Of a stretch of 64,000 nucleotides of DNA, positions 24,889 to 37,656 are shown piece after piece. Numbering within the stretch: the first letter of the stretch is position 1; every line of letters begins with the position of its first letter. Location of the stretch: NCBI RefSeq assembly GCF_006345805.1, contig NC_043000.1:11160001-11224000 (forward strand). Direction: 5' to 3'. The stretch is from Octopus sinensis (lineage: Eukaryota). The notes beneath the pieces were generated by a model. That model saw only the letters and a program-made list of their open reading frames with translations, made no database searches and was not told the origin of the DNA. The position numbers were made by a program, and so were the translations under genes.

Positions 24889-25110
24889 CGATGATGACGA
24901 TGATGATGATGACGACGATGATGATGATGACGACGATGATGATGATTGTGGTGGTGGTGGTGGTGGTGTTGGTGGAGATGGTGATGATTATGCTGGTGCT
25001 GGTGATGGTGATGGTGATGGTGGTGATGATGGTGATGATGGTGATGATGGTGAGATGGTGATGATGATGATGGTGAAGATGATGATGGTGAAAATGATGA
25101 TGATGATGAC
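24843..25110. repeat. (GAT)n/(GGT)n tract expanded from an RTE tail
   Basis: Follows ggacgttaaat; source of poly-D/M/H pseudo-ORFs. Confidence 0.9.
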
Positions 25111-25416
25111 AAAAATTTAATAGGTTGTTTATAAATGTCTTTCTTTTGAAATAACAACCAGTTTCCTAACAGAATAGTGTGCCAATAAAAAAAACTGTTA
25201 GTAATTATATCGCAAATAAAGATGAGTAAACATTAATATCACATTACATAATTAGATAAACAATTATTTTTTACAATGATGTAATTTTATATTCATATTT
25301 CAAAAAAAAAAATGCTTAAGTTTAATTCAGTCTTAGAAAAATATCTAATGTTTATGAGAGAGTGGCTCACAGAGTAACAGAAATAGGAACGAAAAGATTT
25401 GGGCTATATCAATGTA

Positions 25417-25808
25417 CTAGCAGTATCGCCTGGCGATGCTTGGGTTTGTTTCGACCCTTTAGAATTGTAATTTTTGAAAAGTAAAGATTTTGCATTATGT
25501 AGTTTGTTATTCTCTTTAAGTGAACATTTTTCTGGTTGAAATACACCGAAAAATGGCTACACAGCAGTAAAAAAATCGTAAAAAATAGGGATTTTCATAG
25601 AAAAAAAGCACCTTTTTGATGTAAATAATTTTTGGTGTTAACATGGTCCGATTTGAATTTTTTCTTCTAAGGAATGAAGAGCAAGCCTTCTTCTATCATA
25701 CTCTCAATTTTGGTCAACTTGCACTGCAGGGTCTCAGAGGAGATAGTGTTAGTTGAAGGCTACCAAACCTGCCATACACAGACAACTTCAGCTTTATATA
25801 TAGAGAGA
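25417..25808 (-). mobile_element. Non-autonomous Helitron (same family as 2098)
   Basis: A|TC...hairpin...CTAG|T on the minus strand. Confidence 0.9.
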
Positions 25809-26092
25809 TTATCTAGATTGCATACAAAGTGAGGGAATACACAAAACAGAGCACTATCATAATGTAGTACACATAGGCATGGGAGCAAGGAAAAATTAGT
25901 GTAAAGGGGGCCAATGCAACACCTAAGCTTTTTACTCACAGAACTTTCAAATTGTTTGAACAAGTCAAAAGATCATAGAACAAGTTGATTAGGGGAATTA
26001 ATGATAATTTAATTCAGGTACAACAAAAATATCGCAAAAATGTTTGTTCGTAGAATGACAATATTTGAAGACATTTTTGATTTCTTACAAAG

Positions 26093-26268
26093 GCGTAGGA
26101 GTGGCTGTGTGGTAAGTAGCTTGCTTACGAACCACATGGTACCGGGTTCAGTCCCACTGCATGGCACCTTGGGCAAGTGTCTTCTACTATAGCCTCAGGC
26201 CGACCAAAGCCTTGTGAGTGGATTCGGTAGATGGAAACTGAAAGAAGCCTGTCGTATATATGTATATA

Positions 26269-26302
<34 letters not shown>

Positions 26303-27101
26303 AATATATATATATCAAAACAAATCAAAATAGATGAACATCAATGGAATTTGTATCTTGTGGTACCAGTGCCGGTGGCACACAAGAAAACCATCCGAAC
26401 GTGGCCGTAGCCAGTACCGCATCGACTGGCCTCCGTGTCGTGGGCACGTAACAAACACCATCCGATCGTGGCCGTTCGCCAGCCTCATCTAGCACCTGTG
26501 TCGGTGGCACATAAAAACACCATCCGAGTGTGGCCATCTGCTAGCCTCGTCTAGCACCTGTGTTGGTGGCACATAAAAAAACACCATCCGAGCGTGGCCG
26601 TTCGCCAGCCTCGTCTGGCACCTGTGTCGGTGGCACATAAAAAACACCATCCGAGCGTGGCCATTCGCCAGCCTCATCTGGCACCTGTGTCGGTGGCACA
26701 TAAAATCACCCACTACACTCTCGAGGTGGTTGGTTTAGGAAGGGCATCCAGCTGTAGAAACACTGCCAGATCTAACTGGCCTGGTGCAGCCTTCGGGCTC
26801 CCCAGACCCCAGTTGAACCGTCCAACCCATGCTAGCATGGAAAGCGGACGTTAAATGATGATGATGATGATATGTATGTGTGTGTGTATATGTTTGTGTG
26901 TCTGTGTTTGTCCCCCCCAACATCACTTGACAACCGATGCTGGTGTGTTTAAGTCCCTGTAACTTAGCAGTTCGGCAAAAGAGACTGATAGAATAAGTAC
27001 TAGGCTTACAAAGAATAAGTCCTGGGGTCGATTTGCTCGACTAAAGGCGGTGCTCCAGCATGGCCACAGTCACATGACTGAAACAAGTAAAAGAGCGAAA
27101 G
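26093..27101 (+). mobile_element. Family-K SINE split by an RTE 3'UTR insertion in its internal (TA)n
   Basis: 5' half at 26093-26315, 3' half at about 26870-27101. Confidence 0.85.
26316..26868 (+). mobile_element. RTE 3'UTR copy with five to six ~58-bp tandem units
   Basis: Unit ggtggcacataaaaacaccatccgagcgtggccgttcgccagcctcgtctggcacctgtgtc; (GAT)n tail. Confidence 0.85.
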
Positions 27102-28226
27102 AGTTGTTATACCAGGAAAGAAGTTCAAACAGGAGCTTCTGAATAAAGAAGTCTTCCTGAAGTTGAATATTTTGATAATTTTGGCAGCATCTTCAACTAG
27201 AACTGAATTTGTGACAACCATTCAATACAAACCATTGATGGTGGTGGTGGTGGTGGTGGTGGTGGTGGTGCTGCTGCTGCTGCTGCTGTTGTTGTTGTTG
27301 TTGTTAAGCAACAAGGCAGGTAAGGGTGATTAGGTGATGGTCTAGGGCTTAGGGGTCGGAGACCCCAGCCCTTGGAAAAAAAAACTTTGGTCGTCTTGTT
27401 GTAGTCGAGGGCTCTTCGTTGATGCCCAACACCACTGGGAGGTGGCCCTTGAAGTCGCTGGAAATGGAGATCTCCAGGTCCAAATTCTTGACTGATGATG
27501 ATCGTGGTGGTGGTGGTGGTGGTGGTGGTAACGGTGGTGGCGGCGGCAGCGGTGGTGGTGGTGATGGTGATGATGATTAGGATGATGATGAATGCTCATG
27601 GGTCAACACAGTCAGTCCATAACAACTTATTTTGTTTCTAACATAACGCTTGCAGTTTATAACATTAGCCAATGTACACAAATTTCCTTTTGTTAAGATG
27701 ATAATGTATGATATGAAGGATACTCAGTTACTATTTCTAGCAGGCTGAGCAACCATACAGAGATTCCCTTGTTCGCTTGCCCAGCAGTGTTGGAAGCAGC
27801 TGTAAAATACACTCCTGATTTACCTTGGAGATATATTTTGTTTTTGGGGGTTTTTTTTTAACTCACAAGAAAATAATACGATAATCTGCCTAATCACAGC
27901 TTCCAGATCAATCACCTAACACCTCTACAGTTAAATAAACAAGGAAAAATATAAATACTACATCTTTAAAGTCACATATTTTGTCTTAGATAATTGATAA
28001 GAAATTATGAAATTATACGCATGATATCACCATGGAAACAAGGATGTAATCCATCTTATAAAAAAATCAAAATCAAAAACTATTCTGTTAAATCAGTCAC
28101 CAAAACAATCTACTTTTGGTATTATTTTTGAAAGCAAACAGATGTATTAGTTTAACACTCAGGAAGTTATATATCCTTACATATGCATATATAAATATAC
28201 ATATATACATATATATGTTTATATAT

Positions 28227-28722
28227 CATCATCATCATCATCATCATCATCGTTTAACGTCTGCTTTCCATGCTAGCATGGGTTGGATGAATGACTGAGG
28301 GCTGGTGAACCAGATGGCTGCACCAAAAACTTGATCTGGCAGAGTTTCTACAGCTGGATGCCCTTCCTAACGCCAACCACTCCAAGAGTGTAGTGGGTGC
28401 TTTTACGTGCCACCGGCACGGGGCCAATCAGGCAGTACTGGCAACGACCTTGCTCGAATATTTTACACATGCCACCAGCACAGGTGCCAGTAAGGCGATG
28501 CTGGTAACGATCATGCTCGAATGGTGCTCTTAATACCCTACTAGCACGGGGCTAGAGTGCCAGTAAGGTGACGCTGGTAACGATTACGCTTGAATGGTGC
28601 CTTTTAAGTGCCACTGGCACTGAAGCCGGTTAGCCGCTCTGTCAATGATCACACTTGTATGGTGCTCTTTGCACCCTGCTAGCACAGATGCCAGTCATCG
28701 AATTTGATTTTGATTTTGATTT
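28227..28722 (-). mobile_element. RTE 3'UTR copy, different tandem-unit variant
   Basis: (CAT)n tail at left, ~60-bp units, (gatttt)n at right. Confidence 0.8.
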
Positions 28723-29335
28723 CTGTTCTTATATATATACATATATACACAGACCACACACACACACATGAATACATGTTTTATATATATACATATATAT
28801 GTGTGCTTCCACACAGTTTCCATTTACCAAATTCACTTACAAGGTTGGCCTTGCCTATAGCAGAAGATACTTGTCCAAAGTGCTGCACAGTGGTAAACTT
28901 TTTAATCAAACAACCATGGTCCTTTCTGTGCTAATTCTATGATTTCAATGCCTTGTGTTCTCAGTTTATTTAACTAATCTCTTCTGAGAGTAGAATTGTC
29001 TAATCCGTTACTCATTTTAATAGTATGGCTTAATTCATTAGCGGTTTTTAGTTAGTTCCCCAGCTGAGCATTGTTTCTTGTAAATAGGCTTAAACTATCT
29101 ATATGAAAGACAGGATTTCTAAGTTGTCCACAGCATTTATAAACCATCACTGGTTTGAGTGAACAAGTATTTTAATGGAGCTGGAGCTAGACAGAAGAAC
29201 AGAAAGCATAAGAAGCTTCTTGGTAATACTTTTTTAATGGAGTGTGGATGCATCCTGAGTAATGAACTTCAGTTAGATTGATTAATATGCTGATTTTTCA
29301 TACCTTTTTGTGACCAACATTATATGTCTACTTAA

Positions 29336-29944
29336 CCCTTTTGTTACTATATTTCTGCTGAAATACACTGTTTCTTTTTTCAATTATAGGCACAGGAGTG
29401 GCTGTGTGGTAAGTAGCTTGCTTACCAACCACATGGTTCCGGGTTCAGTCCCACTGCATGGCACCTTGGGCAAGTGTTTTCTGTTATAGCCTCGGGCCAA
29501 CCAAAGCCTTGTGAGTGGATTTGGTAGACGGAAACTGAAAGAAGCCCATCATATGTGTGTGTGTGTATTTATCTGTCTGTCTCCCCAACATTGCTTGACA
29601 ACCAATGCTGGTGTGTTTATGTCCCTGTCACTTAGCGGTTCGGCAAGAGAGACCGATAGAATAAGTACTAGGCTTACAAAAAATAAGTCCTGGGGTCGAT
29701 TTGCTCGACTAAAGACGGTGCTCCAGCATGGCCACAGTCAAATGACTGAAACAAATAAAAGGATAAAGGAATTAATTTTAAAAATAAGGAAGAATTTCAT
29801 AAAATAGCTTTGCCACTATTAAGCTGAAATTTGAAACAAATTAACATGAAAGTTTAATGGTAAGTTTTAACTTAGATCACCTTAATATAGGAAATTTGTA
29901 CCATAGAATCATGGACAGTCTCAGAGAGGCTGGCATCAAAAGGG
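29336..29944. mobile_element. piggyBac-type MITE carrying a full family-K SINE (29388-29768)
   Basis: TTAA|cccttttg...caaaaggg|TTAA. Confidence 0.8.
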
Positions 29945-30029
29945 TTAAGGATCCCTTCATTACTATTTTGACAGATACAATTAAATCTATGCTCCACTGA
30001 GAAGGTATGCATAAAACCAAAACATATCC

Positions 30030-30338
30030 TGAGTTCCATTGTGTCTAGGGAGAGTCATTTTGTTTTTGTGCCTTATAATTTAACACACTCACCGGTAAAA
30101 TTTCCACTTATTTCTTATTTTTATTTTCCTAAAATGTTCGTTGCGTCTTGCAACCTTTTCAATAGTCTTGACTCTGTCCATTACTTCAGACAGAGTCAAG
30201 ACTATTGAAAAAGTTGCAAGACACAACGAACATTTTAGGAAAATAAAAACAAGAAATAAATGGAAATTTTACCGGTGAGTGTGTTACATTATAAGGCACC
30301 AAAAGAAAATGACTCTCCCCAGACACAACACGAACTCA
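30030..30338. mobile_element. Palindromic MITE-like element (~149-bp arms, 10-nt spacer)
   Basis: tgagttc..gtgtctagggagagtc...gactctgtc / gacagagtc...gactctccccagacac..gaactca. Confidence 0.8.
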
Positions 30339-31126
30339 CATAAAGAATCTGCAAACCAAATCCAAAACGAAATATCCTGAGTTATCTCACCAAAATGATA
30401 TTAGTCATAGAGTCAACGTTATCTTTCCCTCAGTGCATAATTATTTCTAATTAGATTTTTGATGCTCACTACATTAAATACATTAAAAGTCATTTAATTA
30501 TGCCAGAAACTCTGGGTTTTATTCATGTCTGTCTGCTGTATTATTGATATTTTCCATTTTGTCATGGCAAGTTTCATATCTTTATATTGGGACTTAGTCT
30601 GCATGCACTTTCCTCAATATCTAGAAGTGTGTCAAGGCATCAAAAGTTAATCATTAATCAATTCATTACGTGCTTTAAACTTTTGTTTCTTTTTCTGTTG
30701 TCTTCAATAAATACTCGATTTGCCGATAACTTCCTTTATATCAATACATTCCTCTCTATCTCTATGGTGACAAGTTATTAGTTTTCCTAACAGTAATCAG
30801 CTTTTGGAGGGAACAAATATGGCTGTACATATGATTGATAATTGATTGGTGGTTTAGGAAGATCTTATAGTTTCTTGTGTACTGATTTACTTTCACCAGA
30901 TATCGGAGATTTGATTGATTTCAGGAACCTTCCAATGACCAACTGTCTTGATAATGAAGTTAAATTTGTTGTTGGTTATGCCAAGCCATGTTTGTGGTGT
31001 TTATGATTCCACACATCTTTTCTTATATTTTGCACATCTTTAGTACGGTGTGTGTGTGTATGTGTGTATGTGTGTGTGTGTGTGTGCCTGTGTGTGTATA
31101 TGCATGCATGCATGTATATATATATA

Positions 31127-31199
<73 letters not shown>

Positions 31200-31324
31200 G
31201 TATATATATATATAGATAGATGAATCTGTGTGTTTCTGCTGCCAGCCTCCCCTGGCACCTGTGCTGGTGGGACGTAAAACTCACCCACTACACTCTTGGA
31301 GTGGTTGGCATTAGGAAGGGCATC

Positions 31325-31570
31325 CAGCAGGAATTTCCTGAAATGCAAGCATGGTCTAAACACTTCCATTCTGGAGTTAACAATGTTCCCTTGGTTGAGG
31401 GAGTCTTTTAGGATCCTCGCTCATTCCGCTATGCATAATTTGCTGTGCTTGGTCCCATTTATGTAGGGGCCTGGATTTTCTAGGATTCTCCATGATACTG
31501 TGTATGGAATCCTCTCATCTATCAGCTGCCATACATGGCTGGCCAATGATGTGATGTATCTTCTGGCATC
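31325..31570 (-). pseudogene. Penelope-like GIY-YIG endonuclease C-terminal remnant
   Basis: TSLASHVWQLIDERIPYTVSWRILE..PYING....LCIAE*..IL....NIVNSRMEVFRPCLHFRKFLL. Confidence 0.8.
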
Positions 31571-31757
31571 CTGAAGGAGGATCTGTGGTTGAAGAGGTGT
31601 TGTTTGAATATGAGTTCCTGGAACAGCCGATGTATCTCCATGGTTGGGTGTTGGCAGTGGTATGTTTGTTGGTGTTGATATTGTTGCCAATGTTGTTTTT
31701 GGAACTGACACTGTTGGTGTTGGTGTTATTGGGGGTGAGACCAATCTCACCACTGCT

Positions 31758-31892
31758 GACTTCTTAGACATCACAATCGACTGGGGCTCCGGTATATACA
31801 GGCCGTACCACAAGCCAAATGAGAGGCTAACATATATCAAAACAGCCTCCTGTCAACCATCTTTCATGTTTAAAAATCTGGTGAAGAGTGTT
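31758..31892 (+). pseudogene. Penelope-like RT C-terminal remnant
   Basis: DFLDITIDWGSGIYRPYHKPNERLTYI..ASCQP..FKNL (FLD...Y.PY.KPN motif). Confidence 0.75.
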
Positions 31893-32038
31893 ATGCCATA
31901 ATCTGATGATACTCCATAAAGCTAAACCCTTTATGGACTTAAAACTTAAGGTAATCCCATAAACCAGCCTTATCTAACTTTAATATATACTGCTCTATAA
32001 CTTAGAGTGTACTTCTTTTTTAGGATTTGTTTTTACAG

Positions 32039-32075
<37 letters not shown>

Positions 32076-32078
<3 letters not shown>

Positions 32079-32170
32079 AAGAAAATGGAGAAACATCTTA
32101 ATCAATGATCAACTACCAGATAATACCCAAGTTGATCATTGATTAAGATGTGTTTCTCCATTTTCTTATT
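32076..32170. repeat. Inverted repeat, 39-bp arms, 15-nt spacer, next to (TA)n
   Basis: aataagaaaatggagaaacatcttaatcaatgatcaact and its complement with a 2-nt insertion. Confidence 0.85.
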
Positions 32171-32342
32171 TTGTATTATTAATTTGTGGTAAAACATTTT
32201 ACCTTTGCCCATATAATACAGTAAATGAATTAATTGCATCGCAATTCTTAACATTTATGTATTAACTTTGTTGGGTGCTTTACTAGCAGTATATTGGATA
32301 TATGTTATCCCATGGAGGGTTGCACTTACAACCCCTATCTCA

Positions 32343-32469
<127 letters not shown>

Positions 32470-32541
32470 CTCTATGAGCATATATGTATGTGTCAAGCCT
32501 TACTGTGTTTATCTATATCACTATCTAGCCAGCTATCTATC

Positions 32542-32576
<35 letters not shown>

Positions 32577-33162
32577 GAGAGAGAGGAGAAAGAGAGGGAG
32601 GAGGAATTAATGAGAGATAACGATCATCTAATTGAAGTCAGCTGTTCATCAGTCTCTTGGCATACTTGCAACAACTGTTGCTCTCAGCAGTACCGAAAAG
32701 TGTGAATGGTCCCACACAAGCCATTACATCTTTAAACAAGTTACTGTGTGGGTTGTCTGAGGATTTTGCTTATTCTTTTTATTCGTTTATTCTTTTACTT
32801 GTTTCAGTCATTTGACTGCAGCCATGCTGGAGCACCGCTTTTAGTCGAGCAAATCGACCCCCGCAGGACTTATTCTTTGTAAGCCTACTACTTATTCTAT
32901 TGGCCTCTTTTGCTGAACTGCTAAGTTACAGAGACATAAGCACACCAGCATCAGTTGTCAAGTGATGTTGGGGGGACAAACACAGACACACAAACATATA
33001 CACACACACATACATATATATATATAATCAAAATAAGCAACAAGGATTTCCTTGTCGCTTATTTTGATTATAATCACCCCATTTTGAATTATATGGATTA
33101 TATAAATAATACCATACTAAATTCTAGTGCCTTTAACTTAAGTACCATATTCAACTGAATCT

Positions 33163-33205
<43 letters not shown>

Positions 33206-33466
33206 CATATATACGACGGGCTTCTTTCAGTTTCCGTCTACCAAATCCACTCACAAGGCTTTGGTCAGAAGACACTTGCCCAAGGTGCCATACCGTGGGA
33301 GTGAACCTGGAACCATGTGGTTGGTAAGCAAGCTCCTTACCACAGAGCCACTCCTGTGCCTACTTACTTCCTTTTTATCAAGATTATCATGAAAAGGAAA
33401 AAGGAAATGCGGGAAAAGAGGAAAATTCTTGGTCCTCATGTATTAAATATAATTAGAGAGTTCATC

Positions 33467-33544
<78 letters not shown>

Positions 33545-34130
33545 GTATATACAGAGTGTGTGGACTAAATTAGACAATTTTCTATGTCGCCCAACCATAA
33601 TCTAGTTGATATTTTATGTCTTTTAAAATACTTTATTTTGGGATGGAATATCATGTTTTCTCTTCCTTTTATGCAAAATATCAAATTTAGCTCAAACACC
33701 CTCTATGTATGTATATATACGTATATGTAAATATGTGTGTATATATATGCATATTTATATATAGTTGCAGGAGTGGCTGTGTGGTAAGAAGCTTACTTCC
33801 CAATCACATGGTTCCAGGTTCAGTCCCACTGAATGGCACCTTGGGCAAGTGTTTGCTACTATAGCCTTAGGCCAATCAAAGCCTTGTGAGAGGATTTGGT
33901 GGACGGAAACTGAAAGAAGGCTGTTGTATGTGTGTGTGTGTGTAGTAGAAGGCACTTGCCCAAGGTGCCACACAGTGGGACTGAACCCAGAACCATGTGG
34001 TTGGTAAACAAGCTACTTACCACACAGCCACTCCTACACCTATGGGTACATATATATATGTATATATATTTATATATAGGGAAATTTTGACTGATGACTG
34101 TTCCTGTTGTGTGTGTGTGTGTGTGTGTGT

Positions 34131-34317
34131 GAGGAGGTGCTAAAAAGTTCCTGGCTTTGAGTAAAAGAAATTGCAAGAAGATCAATTAATTATGATTCAC
34201 ACACTTATTGCAGCAGTCCTTCAGGTTTTCTAAGCCCTGCAAAAGAACTCGGAAGATTGGATCTCCAGCCAGGTCTTTCATGATACCCTTAAAGCTGGGA
34301 ATTTTTCAGTACCCCCT

Positions 34318-34318
<1 letters not shown>
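34131..34318. mobile_element. Small mariner-type MITE inside (TG)n
   Basis: gaggaggtgctaaaaagttcctggcttt...aaagctgggaatttttcagtacccc. Confidence 0.65.
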
Positions 34319-34355
<37 letters not shown>

Positions 34356-34405
34356 TGTGTGCGTATGTGTGTGTGCATGTGTGTGTGTAGATATTTATAT
34401 ATAAG

Positions 34406-34439
<34 letters not shown>

Positions 34440-34455
34440 TAGATACAAATGCGTG

Positions 34456-34571
<116 letters not shown>

Positions 34572-37164
34572 AGTATATATGCAAGTATATATGTGTACAT
34601 ATGTTGGGTCCATATACTCTCCTAATATGATTGGCTATATATTGTTGATATATCTTCAATTGCAAAGTTTTGTTTTGTTTTTGTTTTTGTTTTTCCAAAT
34701 GACTCAGCATGCTTAATATTTGTTTTATCAAATTCTGATGAAAGAAGCGCTCGTTCACATTTTGCAAAGTACGTTATCCATAATGTGTTTGCCAAAATCA
34801 GTTTTAATGTTTTCTGTCACCCACCAGCATCTTTTTCCCTTTACTCAATATTTATTGGCTTTCTTTTGTTAATTTTCATTTTTCCTTATTGCTTTTAATT
34901 ACCAGCAACCGTATCACCAACCCCCACCAATTCCAGCACAACACTTTCTGTTTCTAGTCTATGAATAGATCAGATCGTTTTTTTTTTCTCTCTTTTGGTT
35001 TTGTATTGTATACTTTTTGAATCACTATTAAAATGGGCTTAGGTGAGGGTATGACTGCTTTTGACAGTGGGGTAGTTAAACCTACTTTTTCCTTGATATT
35101 GCCATAGCTATGAAGTAAATTAGATTATTTAGTGTATTTTATGTCTGAATTTGCTTCTCTACAAAATAATTTCTTAGAAGTCTTTGGCTATTATTTCCTA
35201 AAGATATTTATTAGCAGCTTAGGGAGGAAGCTTTGCCTTTGATTTGTGATGATTTGTTTATTTAGGGTCACTTTTCCTTTTCTTTTTTTATTGATGCTCT
35301 TAGATTTTTTTCCTTCTTCTTCATTTATTTTTTAGGGAGAAGTTGTTCTCCTATGACATACACAACTACAAGAAGTATATTTTGCATTTGACTGCTAGAA
35401 CATATTTAGAATAAATATGCAAAACAACACCACTTTTTAATTTTGAGTCATTGGACTGCAGACATGTAGGGTGTGTGTATAAGTATCACACTTAAAAAAT
35501 AAGTACTGGGGGACTGAAGGATTTAGTCAAACAAATCAATACCCAATACTTGTTCTTTTTAAGTATGGTACTTATTCTATAGGTCTCTTTTACCAAATTG
35601 CTAAGTTATATAAAATAAACATCTTTTCAAGCAGTGGAAGAGACAAGCACAAAATCAAAGATACAAACATACATATACATATTTATAGGTATATATGTAT
35701 ATATATGTAAAAACTATTTGCCAGGATAATGTGGCTGTCCTGGATGGGATGATTGTTACTGTTGCTTAGCCCCAGGAAACATTGTTTCCAGCTGGCCATA
35801 CAACACAATATCTGTGTCCTTATATTTTTGAACAGGAGGCTCAGCACCCACCTCCAGCCCTCTGTTCGAAAATGTAAGGACACACATATTGTGTCAAATC
35901 CCTTAACCTTGTGGGGGAACAGAGGTCATTGGGGGCACTGCAACCATGTAGCATATCAATTATTATTATTAAAACTTAATGATTTATTGTAACATTTGTC
36001 ACCTTATTTTAGTTACCTTTGATCAAAAAAGACAAAAAAAAATAATAATAATAATAAGCAAGGCTAAGAATTGCTGTTCTAGAGTTTGAAAGCCTGAAAG
36101 TTCAACATGGAAATAGGGGGAAGGTTTGAAGATGATAATGTGTATTTGGTTAAAACATTGGCCATAGATAATGTCCAATAGAATATCTGGAAAACTGATA
36201 GAGGACAAAGACTTGATATGATATATATACAAGAATAATTATTAATACAAGTAATTATTAAATGAAGGCCATGAACTTCTCTGATAACCCACTGATGTAG
36301 TTGATAGGTTCTGTTACCTTAGTAATGTATTTAGTGTTGTGAGTGACAATATTGCAGATAAAGAATAAGAAGGTGCTGAAGAGTTTGAAAGTTTCTATTA
36401 TGAAAGTTTCTATGGTTCACTCAACCTGCTAGAAATATCAACTAAATTTCTCTCAAATCACATTCTACCATTTTAAAAAAGGAAGGATACATTGAACAAT
36501 ATAGCTGTTTATATACTTCGTCTGAAAAAAAAAATGAGATTTGGGGGAAATGTGATGGGTGTAAGCCATTAGATGCATTGAGAGAGCAGCTAGTTATTAA
36601 AGACATCAGCTGATGTTGTGTAGGAGAGGGAGGAGAGATAATTATCCTGATATAGACACGTGATGTAAATGGTGAATGAATGCTGAGCAGGCAGGGAGGA
36701 AGGGGGAGAGTGCTAAGCACTGTTGTGAGGGTATAGTGGTAAGAGAGAAAGGTTAACCCTCTTAGACCTGGGCCCTATGTCTAACTTTACCCTCCACCTG
36801 GGTCCTGAGCGAAAAAAACAAATAGTTGCATATACAGGTCAAGAGTAACAATTCCAAGCAAACTAAAAGACAGAATCAACTGCATACTCTTTATTGTTTC
36901 AGTTATTTGACTGCGACCATGCTGGAGCACCACCTTTAGTCGAGCAAATTGACCCCAGGACTTATTCTTCATAAGCCTAGTACTTATTCTATCAGTCTAT
37001 TTTGCCGAACCGTTAAGTTATGGCGATGTAAACACACCAGCATCAGTTGTCAAGTGATGTTGAATAGAAGGATGATACAAAGATGGACAGGAAAACTAGT
37101 ACAGAACATTCAGTTACATATTTACCTTTATTTACAATTACATATTTACCTTTAAATTAATAGA

Positions 37165-37656
37165 GTCTTAATAGAGAGGGGAGATGGGACTTGCCCAAGA
37201 TCAGCAAAAGCCTGCTGCAGCATGTTGGATGGAGTGTCAAGAGAAAAGGGAGATGAAACATTCCCAACATCAGCAAACACATGCAGCAGCACATCAAATG
37301 GATGCCACAACACATTAAATGGAGCCTCAAGACAGAAGAGAGGTGAGACTTTCTGAAAATCGGCAAAGGCATGCTGCAGCATGTCAGATGGAGTCTGAAG
37401 AAAGAAGCGAGATGAGACTTTCTCAAGATCAGCAAAGGTATGCACATACCCTACTTCCACCCCCAAGTTTCCATGACAAGTTAGGAACTCCAAATGGACA
37501 CATGACATGTCACTTAGTCGAATTAATCCATTATTTACTCCATAAATGTTTTGTCGTCAATGCTGCACTTTCTTGTATCTCCTGTTTCAACTTAACTGTA
37601 GTATATAGACAAACCATGCCATTTTAAACCTGAGCAACACCGGGTATCTCTGCTAA
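37165..37656 (+). mobile_element. Helitron derivative retaining RepHel-type N-terminal repeats
   Basis: ~66-nt tandem units encoding E.R.E.RLSQDQQRHAAA; 3' end aaacctgagcaacaccgggtatctctgctaa matches the 2098 family terminus. Confidence 0.6.

Noticed and set aside
27236-27600. PolyQ/polyH/polyP-coding exon
   Set aside because: The Q/H frame is preceded by a stop, and there is no usable acceptor-donor pair in an open frame on either strand.
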